Positions 26,891-37,520 of a DNA stretch of 64,000 nucleotides are shown in pieces. Where the stretch lies: positions 10,292-74,291 of the forward strand of contig CAIYPD010000076.1 of the NCBI GenBank assembly GCA_903928075.1. Reading direction: 5' to 3'. The notes under the pieces were generated by a model. It did no database searches. It saw nothing but the letters and a program-made list of their open reading frames with translations, and was not told the origin of the DNA. Position 1 is the stretch's first letter; the number at the start of each line of letters is the position of its first letter. This stretch comes from Candidatus Firestoneibacteriota bacterium. Its GTDB lineage: Bacteria; Oederibacteriota; D2-FULL-39-29. The translations under genes were made by a program, and so were the position numbers.

Positions 26891-28348
26891 ATGAGTCTAC
26901 TTGATAAAATTAAGAACATACCGGCAAAAAGCGGTGTTTACCTGATGAAGGATCAAAGCGGGAAAATTATTTATGTCGGGAAATCAGCCAATTTAAAAGA
27001 CCGTGTAAGATCCTACTTTTTAGAAAAGAGCCGTTATGACAGGAAAGTTTCGGCTCTAGTTCCAAAAATTGCCGATCTTGAAATAATTACCACTCAAAAC
27101 GAGATGGAAGCACTTATTCTGGAAAGCAAACTTATAAAGAAATACAAACCAAAATATAATGTTTTATTCAAAGATGATAAGGCCTATCCCTATATAAAGA
27201 TTTCCACTGACGAAGCTTTTCCGAGAATTGTTTTGACCCGCAGGGTTTTACCCGACGGGGGCAGGTATTTTGGCCCCTATGTTTTCGGTTCGGTGAGAAA
27301 TATAATAAAGGTCGTACAGAAAACCTATAAACTTAGAGATTGCAGGCTGCCCTTACCGCCGGTGGATAACAAAAAACAGAACCGTGCCTGCCTCAAAGAA
27401 CAGATAAATTTTTGTACCGCTCCCTGTCTGGAAAAAGTAACCCGGGAAGAATATGCGCAACAGGTAAATGAAGTTATAAAATTTCTGGGAGGCAAACAAA
27501 AAGAGCTCCTTGCACTGCTTGACGAAAAGATGAAGAAGGCCGTAGAAAAACTCGAGTACGAGGATGCGGCGCTTCTTCGGGATCAAAAAGAGCTAGTCCT
27601 GTTAATAGCCCTGCAAAACGAAAAAAATATACAGATGTCTTCCGGGGCCCGTGAAGATTCCAGGTCGCTCCAGATAGATAAAGCCTTAAGTCAGCTTAAG
27701 GAGCTTTTGAAACTTTCAAAAATGCCTATAGTTATCGAAGGAGTGGATATCTCTAATATTTCAGGCACAAATTCCGTCGGCTCTGCCGTGCGCTTTTTCA
27801 ACGGCGAGCCGGATAAAGCCGGTTATAGGAAATTTAAAATTAGAACCCTGACCGGTCCGGACGACACCGGGATGATAAAAGAAGTAGTCGAAAGAAAATA
27901 CAAAAGAGCACTTGCAGAAAATACGCTCCCGGACCTGGTGCTTATAGACGGAGGAAAAGGCCAGTTAAATGCGGCGCAAGAAGCCCTGGACCGGCTCAAT
28001 ATCCGGCTACCTCTTATTTCTCTGGCGAAGAAAGAAGAAGTAATCTTCGTCCCGGGGCTTGCTCTACCGCTTAAACTTGAGAAAGATTCTTCGGCTCTGC
28101 ATCTTTTGCAGTATGTACGGGATGAAGCTCACCGTTTCGCGGTCAACTATCACAAAACGCTTAGAGACCGGCTAACCGTCGGGTCGAGGCTGGACAGTAT
28201 CAAAGGTGTAGGGGAAAAGACCAAGCGGGCTATACTCTCAAAAATAAAAGATATTAATAAACTGTCAGAAAGCGAAATAGAAAATTTAACCGGTGTTTCC
28301 AAAAACATAAAAGAAAAACTAAAAGGACTCCTCAATGAAAGCAGCTGA
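26891..28348 (+). CDS. uvrC: excinuclease ABC subunit C (short form; ATG at 26891, ORF track starts 26816 on a TTG)
   Basis: GIY-YIG GVYLMKDQSGKIIYVGKSANLKDRVRSYF. C-terminal RNase-H-like region and HhH LDSIKGVGEKTKRAIL. Confidence 0.8.
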   Translation: MSLLDKIKNIPAKSGVYLMKDQSGKIIYVGKSANLKDRVRSYFLEKSRYDRKVSALVPKIADLEIITTQNEMEALILESKLIKKYKPKYNVLFKDDKAYPYIKISTDEAFPRIVLTRRVLPDGGRYFGPYVFGSVRNIIKVVQKTYKLRDCRLPLPPVDNKKQNRACLKEQINFCTAPCLEKVTREEYAQQVNEVIKFLGGKQKELLALLDEKMKKAVEKLEYEDAALLRDQKELVLLIALQNEKNIQMSSGAREDSRSLQIDKALSQLKELLKLSKMPIVIEGVDISNISGTNSVGSAVRFFNGEPDKAGYRKFKIRTLTGPDDTGMIKEVVERKYKRALAENTLPDLVLIDGGKGQLNAAQEALDRLNIRLPLISLAKKEEVIFVPGLALPLKLEKDSSALHLLQYVRDEAHRFAVNYHKTLRDRLTVGSRLDSIKGVGEKTKRAILSKIKDINKLSESEIENLTGVSKNIKEKLKGLLNESS

Positions 28349-29726
28349 ACTAATAGATATGGTCAGAAAAACGGCAAAACGCAAAAAGATAAAGATTTAC
28401 CTGACGGGCGGCTATCTTCGTGATTCTCTTCTGGGCCGCGGAAAAATCAGGGATCTTGACTTCGTAGTTTACGGGGACACAAAGAAAACGGCAAAAACCT
28501 TTGCCAGCGCCATTAAGGGTAATTTAATAGAGCTTTCCGAGGCCTTCCACATATTCCGGGTTACCGGCAAAGACGGTATTATTTGTGATTTTTCCAGGGG
28601 CAGGGGCAAAAGAATACAAGACGACCTGCGAAAAAGGGATTTTACGGTAAACGCCCTGGCCCGGGAAATAAACAGTGAGACAATAATAGATACCTCCGGC
28701 GGAATCAAAGATTTAAGCGCCTCTCTAATCAGGGGTACGGCCGGGGTAAATACTTTTAAAGCTGACCCGCTCCGGCTTCTTAGAGCCGTCCGCTTTGCGG
28801 CAGTGCTAGATTTTAAAATTACTCCGGAAACCCTGAAAAATATTAAAGCTATGTCCGACTTGATAACAAAGCCGGCAAAAGAAAGAGTCCGGGATGAACT
28901 CTTTAAAATATTTGAAACAAAAAAAGCAGCGGGCTATATCCGTCTCCTGGATAAACTGGATTTGCTGGAAAAAATATTTCCCGCAATAAAAAATATGAAA
29001 GGCGTCTCTCAGCCGGGTTTTCATCATCTGGATGTCTTCGCTCATTCCCTGGAAACGCTGAAAAGACTCGAAGAAATACAGGAAAATTTTGACTTAAATT
29101 TACCGGAAGAGGCTAAAGCTCTTATACGGTCAAGAATGAACCAGAAACTCGGACAATTTGACCGGGGTACTTTCTTAAAACTTGTTGCGCTTTTACACGA
29201 CAGCGGAAAGCCCAAGACCAAATCAAAAGACAAGAAAGGAACGCATTTTTATAATCACGAACTTCTGGGGGCCGAGAATTTTAAAAAAATCGGAAAACAA
29301 TTTAAACTCTCCAATGAAGAGATAAACCTGGGCGTGACGGTTATAAAGTGCCACCTGCGGACCGGGTACCTTTCGGGCTTAAAGAAGATTTCCAAGCGCG
29401 CGGTTTATAAGTTTTTCAGGGATGCCGGGGATACGGCAGTTGAATTACTCCTGCTCTCCTGGGCCGACCGCCTTTCCGCCCGGGGTGTCAAAGTTGACAA
29501 AAAAACTCTTCTCCATCATAAAAAAATAATTGAACGCCTCTTTACCGGGTATTATGAACTCTCCACAGTCAAACAAGTTCTTCCTTTATTAAACGGCCAC
29601 GACATTATGAAACACCTGAAGCTCCCGCCCTCTCCTGTAATAGGAAAACTTCTGGAAAAAGTAAAGGAAGCCCGGGCCACAGGAAAAGTAAATACAAAAA
29701 AGGAAGCTCTGGAATATTTAAAATAG
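28335..29726 (+). CDS. CCA-adding tRNA nucleotidyltransferase / poly(A) polymerase family with HD domain
   Basis: Pol-beta head GGYLRDSLLGRGKIRDLDFVV. HD domain HHLDVFAHS...LLHDSGK. Confidence 0.8.
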   Translation: MKAAELIDMVRKTAKRKKIKIYLTGGYLRDSLLGRGKIRDLDFVVYGDTKKTAKTFASAIKGNLIELSEAFHIFRVTGKDGIICDFSRGRGKRIQDDLRKRDFTVNALAREINSETIIDTSGGIKDLSASLIRGTAGVNTFKADPLRLLRAVRFAAVLDFKITPETLKNIKAMSDLITKPAKERVRDELFKIFETKKAAGYIRLLDKLDLLEKIFPAIKNMKGVSQPGFHHLDVFAHSLETLKRLEEIQENFDLNLPEEAKALIRSRMNQKLGQFDRGTFLKLVALLHDSGKPKTKSKDKKGTHFYNHELLGAENFKKIGKQFKLSNEEINLGVTVIKCHLRTGYLSGLKKISKRAVYKFFRDAGDTAVELLLLSWADRLSARGVKVDKKTLLHHKKIIERLFTGYYELSTVKQVLPLLNGHDIMKHLKLPPSPVIGKLLEKVKEARATGKVNTKKEALEYLK

Positions 29727-29751
29727 TTATTCTGTTAAAAAGAACGGCTAT

Positions 29752-31995
29752 TTATTTAACTCTTCTAATTCTGAGAGAATTTGTCACGACCGAGACCGAA
29801 CTCATGGCCATGAGCAGGGAAGCAAGCATGGGATTTAAAATATATCCGCTAAAAGGATAGAGCAGGCCGGCCGCAACGGGAATTCCGATGATGTTATAGA
29901 TAAAAGCCCAGAAGAGATTTTGCCGGATTATACGCATGGTGCGTTTTGAGAGTTTTATAAGTTCTAAAAACTTTGAAAGGTCGCCCTTAACCAGTACGGC
30001 ATCCGAAGCTTCCATAGCTATGTCGGTCCCGGTGCTTAAAGAAACACCGATATCCGCCTGGGTTAGAGCCGGGGCATCGTTTATCCCATCTCCCACCATG
30101 GCCACTTTATTCCCCTTCCTTTGTAAACCCCTGATAATTCCTGCTTTATCTGCAGGAAGAACTCTTGCTTTTACATCTTTAATGCCGAGAGTTTCTGCAA
30201 CCTGTTTAGCGACTGTTTCATTGTCCCCTGTGGCCAGAACCGGCCGGATTTTTATTTTTCTTAACTCCTCAATAACGGCCTTAGCATTTTCTCTGACCGT
30301 GTCAGATAGTGCAACAACTCCTAAAATATTTTTTTTATCGGCGAGACAAACAACAACTTTGCCTTCTTTTTCCAATACGGCGGCAACTTTTATAATTTTC
30401 AGGTAATTATTTCTAGCTTTCGCAAAATCCGGTTTCCCGGCAATATATTCCTTTCCCGCAATTTTCGCTTTTATCCCGAAACCCGACAGGGCTTTGAACT
30501 CTTTTGTTTCAAAAAGTGCCAGGCCCTGCTTTGCGGCTTTGCCTGTTATGCTTTTTGCTATAGGATGCTCGCTCTTTTTTTCCAGCGAAGCGATAATAGC
30601 CAGCAAATGCCCGGAGGGAAGCCCCTTAAAAGGAATTATATCTGTGACCGTAAGCGCGCCTTCCGTTAAAGTCGCGGTTTTATCAAAAACGACGACATTT
30701 ATTTTTTCACAACGCTCCAGGCTGTCAGCATTTTTTATGAGTATGCCTTTTTTTGCCGCCGTGCCGACTCCGACAATTATTCCTATAGGTGTTGCGAGGC
30801 CTAAAGCACAGGGACAGGCCACCAGAAGCACAGACATAAATCCGACCCCGGCCATAGCCGTCTTTCCTGCCAAAAACCATATTACGAAAGTAAGAAGCGC
30901 CACACCCATTACTGCAGGAACAAAAACATTTGCCACTCTGTCTACAAGGTTTTGAATAGCCGCTTTTGAGCCGGCCGCATTTTCAACCAGGCTTACAATC
31001 TGAAAGAGCACAGTGTCTTTTCCGACTTTCGTTGCTTTTATTTTAATGAAGCCGTTCTTATTTATGGTTCCGCCTATGACCTTGTCGCCCTTTTTTTTAT
31101 CAACCGGAAAACTTTCCCCGCTGAGCATTGACTCATCTACCGAAGATTCTCCAAAGAGCACAAGGCCGTCCACAGGCACCCGCTCCCCGGGCTTAACCAG
31201 TAAAATATCTCCGGTCTTAACATATTCAATATTTATATTCAGTTCTTTTTTGCCTTTTAATAATAAGGCGGTTTTTGGCTGTAAATTAAGCAGGCTCTTT
31301 AAACTTTCCAAAGCCAGTTTTCTTGATCTTGCTTCCAGAAGCTTCCCCATAAGAACCAGGGTAATTATTACGGCAGAAGTATCATAATAGACCGCGGGTG
31401 CGATACCCGCTTTAAAAAAATACTCCGGGAAAAATGTGGCTATACTGCTGTAAAGAAAAGCACTCAAAGTGCCTACGGCCACAAGAGTATTCATATCGGC
31501 ATACCCGGCAGGCGGTTTAAATGCAGAAAAAGCACCCTTAAAAAACCGGTTTCCGGACCAGAAGAGTACCGGCAGAGTGAGAAAAAACAGCATATAATTT
31601 ATTAGCCCCGGTTCTTTGATCAACGGCAGAACAAACATGGAGAGTAAAAAAATCAAACCGGAAAGTATGGCGGCAAGCAGAAACTTATTCTTGAGCCGCC
31701 GGTACTCTTCCTTTTCCATCTTTTCCATGGCCTCGGCTGAAGTACTGATACCAAAACCCGTATCTTCAACGGCTTTTTTTATTTTAGGTAAGGAGATTAT
31801 TTCGGGTTCATAAACTATCGAGGCGTTGTTAAGGGCGAGATTAACCTCCGCATTCTTAATACCTTTAAGCCCGCGGAGCTTTTTTTGCACTCTTTCCACG
31901 CAAGAGGCGCAATGAAGGCCGATTATATTGAATATTATTTTCTTATCTGACATAAAACTCCCGGAAAGAGCAGTGCTAGGAGGACAGAACACCAA
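29752..31995 (-). CDS. copA: copper-translocating P1B-type ATPase
   Basis: HMA GLHCASC. Transmembrane CPC ([11 protein letters not shown]). Phosphorylation site FDKTATLT. Hinge GDGINDAP. Confidence 0.9.
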   Translation of the reverse strand: MVFCPPSTALSGSFMSDKKIIFNIIGLHCASCVERVQKKLRGLKGIKNAEVNLALNNASIVYEPEIISLPKIKKAVEDTGFGISTSAEAMEKMEKEEYRRLKNKFLLAAILSGLIFLLSMFVLPLIKEPGLINYMLFFLTLPVLFWSGNRFFKGAFSAFKPPAGYADMNTLVAVGTLSAFLYSSIATFFPEYFFKAGIAPAVYYDTSAVIITLVLMGKLLEARSRKLALESLKSLLNLQPKTALLLKGKKELNINIEYVKTGDILLVKPGERVPVDGLVLFGESSVDESMLSGESFPVDKKKGDKVIGGTINKNGFIKIKATKVGKDTVLFQIVSLVENAAGSKAAIQNLVDRVANVFVPAVMGVALLTFVIWFLAGKTAMAGVGFMSVLLVACPCALGLATPIGIIVGVGTAAKKGILIKNADSLERCEKINVVVFDKTATLTEGALTVTDIIPFKGLPSGHLLAIIASLEKKSEHPIAKSITGKAAKQGLALFETKEFKALSGFGIKAKIAGKEYIAGKPDFAKARNNYLKIIKVAAVLEKEGKVVVCLADKKNILGVVALSDTVRENAKAVIEELRKIKIRPVLATGDNETVAKQVAETLGIKDVKARVLPADKAGIIRGLQRKGNKVAMVGDGINDAPALTQADIGVSLSTGTDIAMEASDAVLVKGDLSKFLELIKLSKRTMRIIRQNLFWAFIYNIIGIPVAAGLLYPFSGYILNPMLASLLMAMSSVSVVTNSLRIRRVK

Positions 31996-32965
31996 CGAGC
32001 TGGTAATCGGAGATATCTATGGTTTTTTTGGTTTTTAATACTTTTTTTATATCGGTGGCTATGACCTTGTTGCCGACAACTCCGACCATCTTTCCGTATT
32101 TAGCTTTAAGTAAAAGCTCAACAGCTGCCTCTCCGAGCCTGGCCGCGAGCGCCCTGGAAAAAGCCGTAGGCGAGCCGCCTCTTTGCATATAGCCAAGGAC
32201 GCTTACTCTCACTTCCAGGCCTTTAGTCCTTTTTCTTATCTCTTTTGCTACATCCTGTCCGGACATTGCTCCCTCGGCTACGATTATAATACTGCTGTGC
32301 TTTCCTCTTTTATGACCCTTATCAAGAAGCGCGCAGATTTTTCCAATATCCGGCTTAATTTCCGGAATAAGTACCGCTTCTGCCCCGGAACCCAGCGCGA
32401 CTTCAAGGGCAATAAGCCCGTTATCTCGGCCCATCACCTCAACCACAAAAACCCTGTCATGAGAGGTCGCCGTGTCTCTTATTTTATCTATCGCAGAAAG
32501 CGCGGTATTAACGGCTGTATCAAAACCCACCGTATAGTCAGTATAGGCCAGATCATTATCGATAGACGCGGGTATATTGACAACGGGGACTTTCCAGTTA
32601 TAGTAGAGGGCGCCGCCGCCGGCAAGCGACCCGTTACCGCCGATAATCACAAGGGCGTCAATGCCGTAGCACAAAAGGTTCTCTACCGCTTTCTTCTGGT
32701 TCTTTTTATCCCTGAATTCGGGGCAACGAATAGTTTTTAAAATAGTACCGCCCCTGTTAATAATTCCGCTTACAGAGGTAGCTCCCATTTCCGCTATTTC
32801 ACCGTCTATCAGGCCGCGGTAGCCCCTGTTTATCCCGTAAACCTTAAGACCATGAAAAATTGCCGTACGCACAACGGCGCGAATAGCCGCATTCATCCCC
32901 GAAGCGTCACCGCCGGTAGTCAAAACTCCGATGGTTTTGATGGAGCTGCTCTTTTTAATTGACAT
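31976..32965 (-). CDS. pfkA: ATP-dependent 6-phosphofructokinase
   Basis: [41 protein letters not shown]. 329 aa. Confidence 0.9.
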   Translation of the reverse strand: MSIKKSSSIKTIGVLTTGGDASGMNAAIRAVVRTAIFHGLKVYGINRGYRGLIDGEIAEMGATSVSGIINRGGTILKTIRCPEFRDKKNQKKAVENLLCYGIDALVIIGGNGSLAGGGALYYNWKVPVVNIPASIDNDLAYTDYTVGFDTAVNTALSAIDKIRDTATSHDRVFVVEVMGRDNGLIALEVALGSGAEAVLIPEIKPDIGKICALLDKGHKRGKHSSIIIVAEGAMSGQDVAKEIRKRTKGLEVRVSVLGYMQRGGSPTAFSRALAARLGEAAVELLLKAKYGKMVGVVGNKVIATDIKKVLKTKKTIDISDYQLVGVLSS

Positions 32966-32988
32966 TATTTCACCGCCTTTAAAAATTT

Positions 32989-33028
32989 GTCTGTAAAAGT
33001 CCGTAAAGGTCCATAATGTCTATAAAAG
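32989..33028 (+). repeat. tandem decamer array GTCYRTAAAG x4 (inverted partner of 33421-33500)
   Basis: GTCTGTAAAA GTCCGTAAAG GTCCATAAT GTCTATAAAAG read directly. Ends 7 bp before the stop of the four-helix-bundle gene. Confidence 0.8.
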
Positions 33029-33034
33029 ACCTTT

Positions 33035-33403
33035 CTATTCCTTGTGCTCTCTAAGGTATTTAATTAAATTGCTTATCATACTGCTTGTCTTTTCACATTT
33101 AGAGCGCGTGTTTTTATACAAAGTTTCGTTAACATAACTCTGATCAAGAGCAATATCCATTTGTGCTCTAAGCTCCCCGCAGGAACCTTTTGCTATAAAA
33201 AGGAACTGAGCAAACTCTTTATCTCCTTTTCTCTCAAATCCTTCCGCAATATTAGACATGATTGACACAGCGGACTTTCTAATTTGATTGATAAGGTAAA
33301 AATCATTTTGAAAACCCGATGATTTTGTAATCCCATAAATATCGTGTGTCAACTCCCGAGCTTGCTTGTAAATATTCAAATCCTCAAATCTCTTTGCTTT
33401 CAT
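33035..33403 (-). CDS. four-helix-bundle protein (23S rRNA IVS protein / Avd-like family)
   Basis: 122 aa. DLNIYKQARELTHDIY...FQNDFYLINQIRKSAVSIMSNIAEG...AKGSCGELRAQMDIA matches the TIGR02436/PF05635 pattern. Confidence 0.7.
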   Translation of the reverse strand: MKAKRFEDLNIYKQARELTHDIYGITKSSGFQNDFYLINQIRKSAVSIMSNIAEGFERKGDKEFAQFLFIAKGSCGELRAQMDIALDQSYVNETLYKNTRSKCEKTSSMISNLIKYLREHKE

Positions 33404-33420
33404 TCTCCCCTGTCTCCCCT

Positions 33421-33500
33421 TGTAGACTTTCCCCTTTACAAACCTTTACAGACCTTTACGGACTTTTACAGACCTTTGTAGACCTTTACGGACCTGTATT
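33421..33500 (-). repeat. tandem decamer array (CTTTACAGAC-like) x7
   Basis: CTTTACAAAC CTTTACAGAC CTTTACGGAC TTTTACAGAC CTTTGTAGAC CTTTACGGAC read directly. Begins 18 bp upstream of the four-helix-bundle start. Confidence 0.8.
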
Positions 33501-33503
33501 TAT

Positions 33504-34577
33504 CTACTTTTTCTTTTCCAAATCCTGGAGCATGAGTTTTCTGAAACCCTCGGGATTATGCGCCTTCGTAAGCGCCGCTTCAAAAGTTACGGTCTCTGCG
33601 TTAACCAGGTCTTTCAGCGCAACATCAAGCGTTTGCATTCCCTCTGATTTTCCGGTAAGCATGGTAGAAGGTATCTGCGCAAGCTGATTTTCCCGTATCA
33701 TATTTCTTATGGCGTGGTTGGCCACAAGTATTTCCAGCGCGACAGCCCGGCCTTTGTTATCAGCTTTCGGCAAAAGCACCTGGCAGACAATTCCTTCCAG
33801 GGTCAAAGAGAGCTGGCTTCTTATCTGCTGCTGCTGTGCCGGCGGAAAAACATCCACAATTCTGTCTATGGTCTGGGAAACGGAACCGGTGTGAAGAGTT
33901 GCAAAAACCAGATGGCCTGTTTCCGCGGCTGTAATCGCAGTAGCAATAGTTTCCAGATCGCGAATTTCACCTATTACTATTACATTGGGATCCTGTCTCA
34001 GCACTCTTTTAAGCGCATTATTGAAAGACAGAGTGTCCCTTCCGACCTCACGCTGATCCACTATCGCTTTTTTATCAGTGTGAATGAATTCCACAGGGTC
34101 CTCAATAGTAATGATATGACATCTTCTTGTCTGATTAATATGGTCTATCATTGCGGCAATTGTAGTTGATTTTCCGGAGCCGGTAGGGCCGGTAACGAGC
34201 ACCAGACCGCGCGGCCTGTCCGCTAATTTTTTTAAAACCTGCGGAAGCCCCAGCTCATCAATTGTCATTATTTTTAAAGGTATTACTCTGATTACACTCG
34301 CCAGGTTTCCTGTCTGTAGATAAACATTGACCCGGAACCGGGCCAGTTCAGGAACGGCATAGGCAAAATCAAGCTCCCTTTCCTCGTCAAATTTCTGCTT
34401 TAGCGCATCATCGGTCATCTGATTGATAAGATCCCTGACCTCCTGTAAAGTTAAGACCGGATACGACGAATCCACATAGACGCCGTCAATTCTAAAAGTC
34501 GGAGGGTGGCCTGCTTTTAAGTGCAGATCGGAGGCATTTTTCTTGACCATCTCTTTCAGAAAATCATTTATTTTCAT
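33504..34577 (-). CDS. pilT: type IV pilus retraction ATPase PilT
   Basis: 357 aa. Walker A GPTGSGKSTT. HIITIEDPVEF. Asp and His boxes. Confidence 0.9.
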   Translation of the reverse strand: MKINDFLKEMVKKNASDLHLKAGHPPTFRIDGVYVDSSYPVLTLQEVRDLINQMTDDALKQKFDEERELDFAYAVPELARFRVNVYLQTGNLASVIRVIPLKIMTIDELGLPQVLKKLADRPRGLVLVTGPTGSGKSTTIAAMIDHINQTRRCHIITIEDPVEFIHTDKKAIVDQREVGRDTLSFNNALKRVLRQDPNVIVIGEIRDLETIATAITAAETGHLVFATLHTGSVSQTIDRIVDVFPPAQQQQIRSQLSLTLEGIVCQVLLPKADNKGRAVALEILVANHAIRNMIRENQLAQIPSTMLTGKSEGMQTLDVALKDLVNAETVTFEAALTKAHNPEGFRKLMLQDLEKKK

Positions 34578-34590
34578 ATAGTCACCGCCT

Positions 34591-35073
34591 TTACTTTTTC
34601 AGCATTTTTAAAGTCGTATTTCTTAACCTGAGGCTAAGCAGCCTGAGTAAAAGGTCCATCAATTTTATTGCTATCTTAGGATGCTCTTTTTTAAGATTAC
34701 TAAACTTCGTGAGGGAAAGTTCCAGAAGTTCGGTGTGTAGCAGCGCCTTTACGGTTGCCGACCTGGGACTGCCGTCAACCACAGCCATTTCGCCGACAAA
34801 CTCCCCGGGATTTACGGTGGCAATAACTGTCTCGCCCAAATATCCCATTTTAAGGATATTGACTCCGCCTTTTTTTACAACAAACATTGCATGCCCGCAC
34901 TCGCCTTCGGAAAAAAGAATCTCTCCTTCGGCCAGTTTCTTGTCAACACAGTAGCCGGAAAAGATATTAAGCTCTTCCTCCGTAAATTGCATAAAGTTAG
35001 GATGGTGAATAAATAACTCAACTACCGGAGGTTGCTCCGACAGCCTGCCGCACGACTTATCTGTGTTTCCCAT
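34591..35073 (-). CDS. cyclic-nucleotide-binding domain protein (stand-alone cNMP domain)
   Basis: FVVKKGGVNILK...GEMAVVDGSPRSATVKA cNMP-binding beta-roll. 14 bp upstream of pilT. Confidence 0.65.
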   Translation of the reverse strand: MGNTDKSCGRLSEQPPVVELFIHHPNFMQFTEEELNIFSGYCVDKKLAEGEILFSEGECGHAMFVVKKGGVNILKMGYLGETVIATVNPGEFVGEMAVVDGSPRSATVKALLHTELLELSLTKFSNLKKEHPKIAIKLMDLLLRLLSLRLRNTTLKMLKK

Positions 35074-35120
35074 ATTTTCCCCCTTAGACCGGCTTTTAAG
35101 AGTAACAGGAATTAACTATA

Positions 35121-35912
35121 CTATTTTTTCTTTTTAAAAATTATTAATAATGCTATTAAAAATACCACTATTCCCGTAAGGGTTCTCAGTTGATCATTTT
35201 TTATCTGCCCCGCAAAATATATTCCTATGCCTGACCCGAAAACCGCGCCGCCGGCCAGCAAAACAAATAACCGCATGTCCAAAGCGCCCGTCTTAAAAGA
35301 TTTTAGAGAGCCGGAAACTGAGGTTGGGACCATTATTGCCAGTGAAGTCGCCGTTGCCATGTGCGCCGAAAAACCAAAGCCTAATATAAGCATCGGCAGC
35401 ATTAATACTCCGCCGCCCAGACCGAGCATTCCGGAGAAAATTCCGACAATAACACCCAGGCCTACAAGAATAAAATGCCCCGTCAAAGCAATCTCCGGCA
35501 GAGTCCCTGCGGTGGTTTTCCATAATTTAAAAATCATAGCCAGGGAAGTAAGGAGAACTGCAACACCGAGAATTTTCCGCAAGGCCTCCTGCGGTACTTT
35601 TTTTTGCCACGCTGCCCCCAGATAGGCACCGCCTATAGACCCCGCCGACATAAGGACAAAAGCCGTATAATTAATATTTCCGGTAAAAATATTGTTTATA
35701 GAACCGGCCAGAGCCATCGGGCCGATTACCGCAAGTGAAGTAGCCGTTGCTGTATGCAGATTTTTTTTAAATACGAACAACAACAGCGGGATCATTATTA
35801 TTCCGCCGCCAAGACCGAACATCCCGCCAAAAATACCTATAAAAAGACCGAGGATTAAAACCAATGCGTTGTAGCGCAGGGTTATTTTAGTATTCTTAGA
35901 AAGTTCATCCAT
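35121..35912 (-). CDS. sulfite exporter TauE/SafE family membrane protein
   Basis: Duplicated G-rich TM repeats GGMFGLGGGIIMIPLLL and GMLGLGGGVLMLPMLIL. Confidence 0.85.
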   Translation of the reverse strand: MDELSKNTKITLRYNALVLILGLFIGIFGGMFGLGGGIIMIPLLLFVFKKNLHTATATSLAVIGPMALAGSINNIFTGNINYTAFVLMSAGSIGGAYLGAAWQKKVPQEALRKILGVAVLLTSLAMIFKLWKTTAGTLPEIALTGHFILVGLGVIVGIFSGMLGLGGGVLMLPMLILGFGFSAHMATATSLAIMVPTSVSGSLKSFKTGALDMRLFVLLAGGAVFGSGIGIYFAGQIKNDQLRTLTGIVVFLIALLIIFKKKK

Positions 35913-36723
35913 TCTTTATCTTTTTCAAGTGAGTCAGGTTCATACTGCCGCTTCTAAAGCCTTCAAGGTCAAAAGTAATATAAGTATAACCGATTTTTTT
36001 AAGTTTTTCTGCAATATTTTTTGAGATTCTAGGGTTAAGAAGTATTTTCAAATTTGCAAGCGGCACTTCTATTCTTGCGATGTTCGCGTGATGCCTGACC
36101 CGCACCTGCTTGAAATATTTTTTTCTAAGAAAAGCTTCGGCAGCACCTATTTTATTCAAGATAACATTATCAATCTTCACACCGTAAGGTATTCTTGAGG
36201 CCAGGCAGGCCATGGAAGGCTTATTCCAGTTGGGCAAGTTGATTTTTTTTGCGTTTTCTCTTATTTCGGACTTTGTAATGCAGGCTTCTTTTAAAGGACT
36301 CCTAATTCCGAGTTTCCTACCGGCCCGGGACCCCGGGCGGAAATCCAGACGGTCATCATAATTCGCTCCGTCAACCACATAACTAAAACCTTTTTCTTTT
36401 GCTATCCCTTTCAATTTTGAAAATAACTCCGACTTGCAATAGAAACACCTTTCCAGGGGGTTACCAGCAAAACGGGGATCGGAAAGTTCCTCGGTTTTTA
36501 TCAAAAGAAGATTCGTGCCTAATTTTTTTGCAAGTTTAACCGCCAAAGCGATTTCAGTTGAAGGATAAGTTTCTGAAGAAGCAATTACCGCCAGTACATT
36601 ATCTTTCCCGAGGACATTTATTGCGGTTTTTAAGAGAAAAGTGCTGTCCACCCCGCCGGAGTAAGCAACCAGAACTCTTTCCATTTTTTTTAATATACTG
36701 TGAAGTTTTTCAATTTTCTTCAA
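35905..36723 (-). CDS. PP-loop ATP pyrophosphatase, LarE-like (TIGR00268 family)
   Basis: PP-loop AYSGGVDSTFLL. Conserved Cys in CFYCKSELF. 272 aa. Confidence 0.7.
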   Translation of the reverse strand: MKKIEKLHSILKKMERVLVAYSGGVDSTFLLKTAINVLGKDNVLAVIASSETYPSTEIALAVKLAKKLGTNLLLIKTEELSDPRFAGNPLERCFYCKSELFSKLKGIAKEKGFSYVVDGANYDDRLDFRPGSRAGRKLGIRSPLKEACITKSEIRENAKKINLPNWNKPSMACLASRIPYGVKIDNVILNKIGAAEAFLRKKYFKQVRVRHHANIARIEVPLANLKILLNPRISKNIAEKLKKIGYTYITFDLEGFRSGSMNLTHLKKIKNG

Positions 36724-36788
36724 CTATTTTTCCTTTTTCAGCTTTTAACAGCGCCAGCAATGCCCTAAATTTATATTATGGCTGTTGA

Positions 36789-36826
36789 GAAAATAAAACC
36801 CCGCCCGTGTTAAAACGGACGGGGCT
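36789..36826 (-). terminator. intrinsic terminator downstream of the lipoprotein gene
   Basis: Sense strand GCCCCGTCCGTTTTAACACGGGCGGGGTTTTATTTT, a GC-rich hairpin followed by a U-tract. Confidence 0.6.
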
Positions 36827-36841
36827 TTAGCCTGTGGTAGT

Positions 36842-37375
36842 TTATTTCTTTTTCTTTGTTGTTGCTTTCTTCGCCGGGGTTACCGGTTTCTTAGGCTCAA
36901 CTTTCTTCTCAACAACTTTCGGGACATCTCCCGGCTTAATATCCGCCGGAATTTTACTGGCTATCGGAGTGAGGGTCCGGAGATAAGCGACAATGCTTTT
37001 CAAATCCTCTTCTGTAAGACTTCTATAGTAATCATAGTAAAGAGGAGCTTTACCGTTAATGCCTTCTTCTTTAATCATATTAATTACATCTTCATCGGTC
37101 ATCATACCTATACCGGTATCATTATCCGGTGTAAGATTTTTCGCATAGGATACGCCCCAGACCCCTTTATACCCGGTCTCACTTCCTGCCATAAATTTAT
37201 TTAGATCCGGCTTTCCGTCTTTTCCTATCGGGGTGTGGTGAGCAAGCACGCCGCAGGCATTGATAAGATATTTTCCGCGTTCAATCATTTCGTCCTTAGA
37301 AAGCTTCTTGGAACAAGCAACTCCAAGAAAAACCATACAGCAGACCATCGAGAACACTACAACTTTCTTTAACAT
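36842..37375 (-). CDS. lipoprotein with Lys/Pro-rich C-terminal tail, hypothetical
   Basis: Signal peptide plus lipobox LGVAC. C-terminal KKVEPKKPVTPAKKATTKKKK. Confidence 0.5.
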   Translation of the reverse strand: MLKKVVVFSMVCCMVFLGVACSKKLSKDEMIERGKYLINACGVLAHHTPIGKDGKPDLNKFMAGSETGYKGVWGVSYAKNLTPDNDTGIGMMTDEDVINMIKEEGINGKAPLYYDYYRSLTEEDLKSIVAYLRTLTPIASKIPADIKPGDVPKVVEKKVEPKKPVTPAKKATTKKKK

Positions 37376-37405
37376 TTTCTTTCCCTCCTATAGGAAATAC
37401 GATTT

Positions 37406-37434
37406 CACAGATTAATAAAAGAGATTCCACAGAT
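37406..37434 (-). promoter_or_regulatory. paired CACAGAT direct repeats (22-bp spacing) upstream of the lipoprotein gene
   Basis: GATTTCACAGAT ... AAAGAGATTCCACAGAT. Same architecture as at 39228-39255 and 41396-41425. Confidence 0.5.
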
Positions 37435-37470
37435 ATAACCCGGGATCTCTAAGCTTCACTATAGTATAAC

Positions 37471-37520
37471 CTTTACAGACCTTTACAGACCTTTACGAAC
37501 ATTTGCAGACTTTTATAGAC
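37471..37520 (-). repeat. tandem decamer array x5 (CTTTACAGAC family)
   Basis: CTTTACAGAC CTTTACAGAC CTTTACGAAC ATTTGCAGAC TTTTATAGAC. Confidence 0.8.

Noticed and set aside
33035-33403. Four-helix-bundle Avd-like gene considered as part of a diversity-generating retroelement
   Set aside because: No reverse transcriptase ORF and no approximately 100-bp template/variable repeat pair within the window.
32989-33500. Decamer tandem arrays considered as a CRISPR array
   Set aside because: The 10-bp units are directly adjacent with no spacers, and no cas genes are present. They are simple tandem repeats, not CRISPR.
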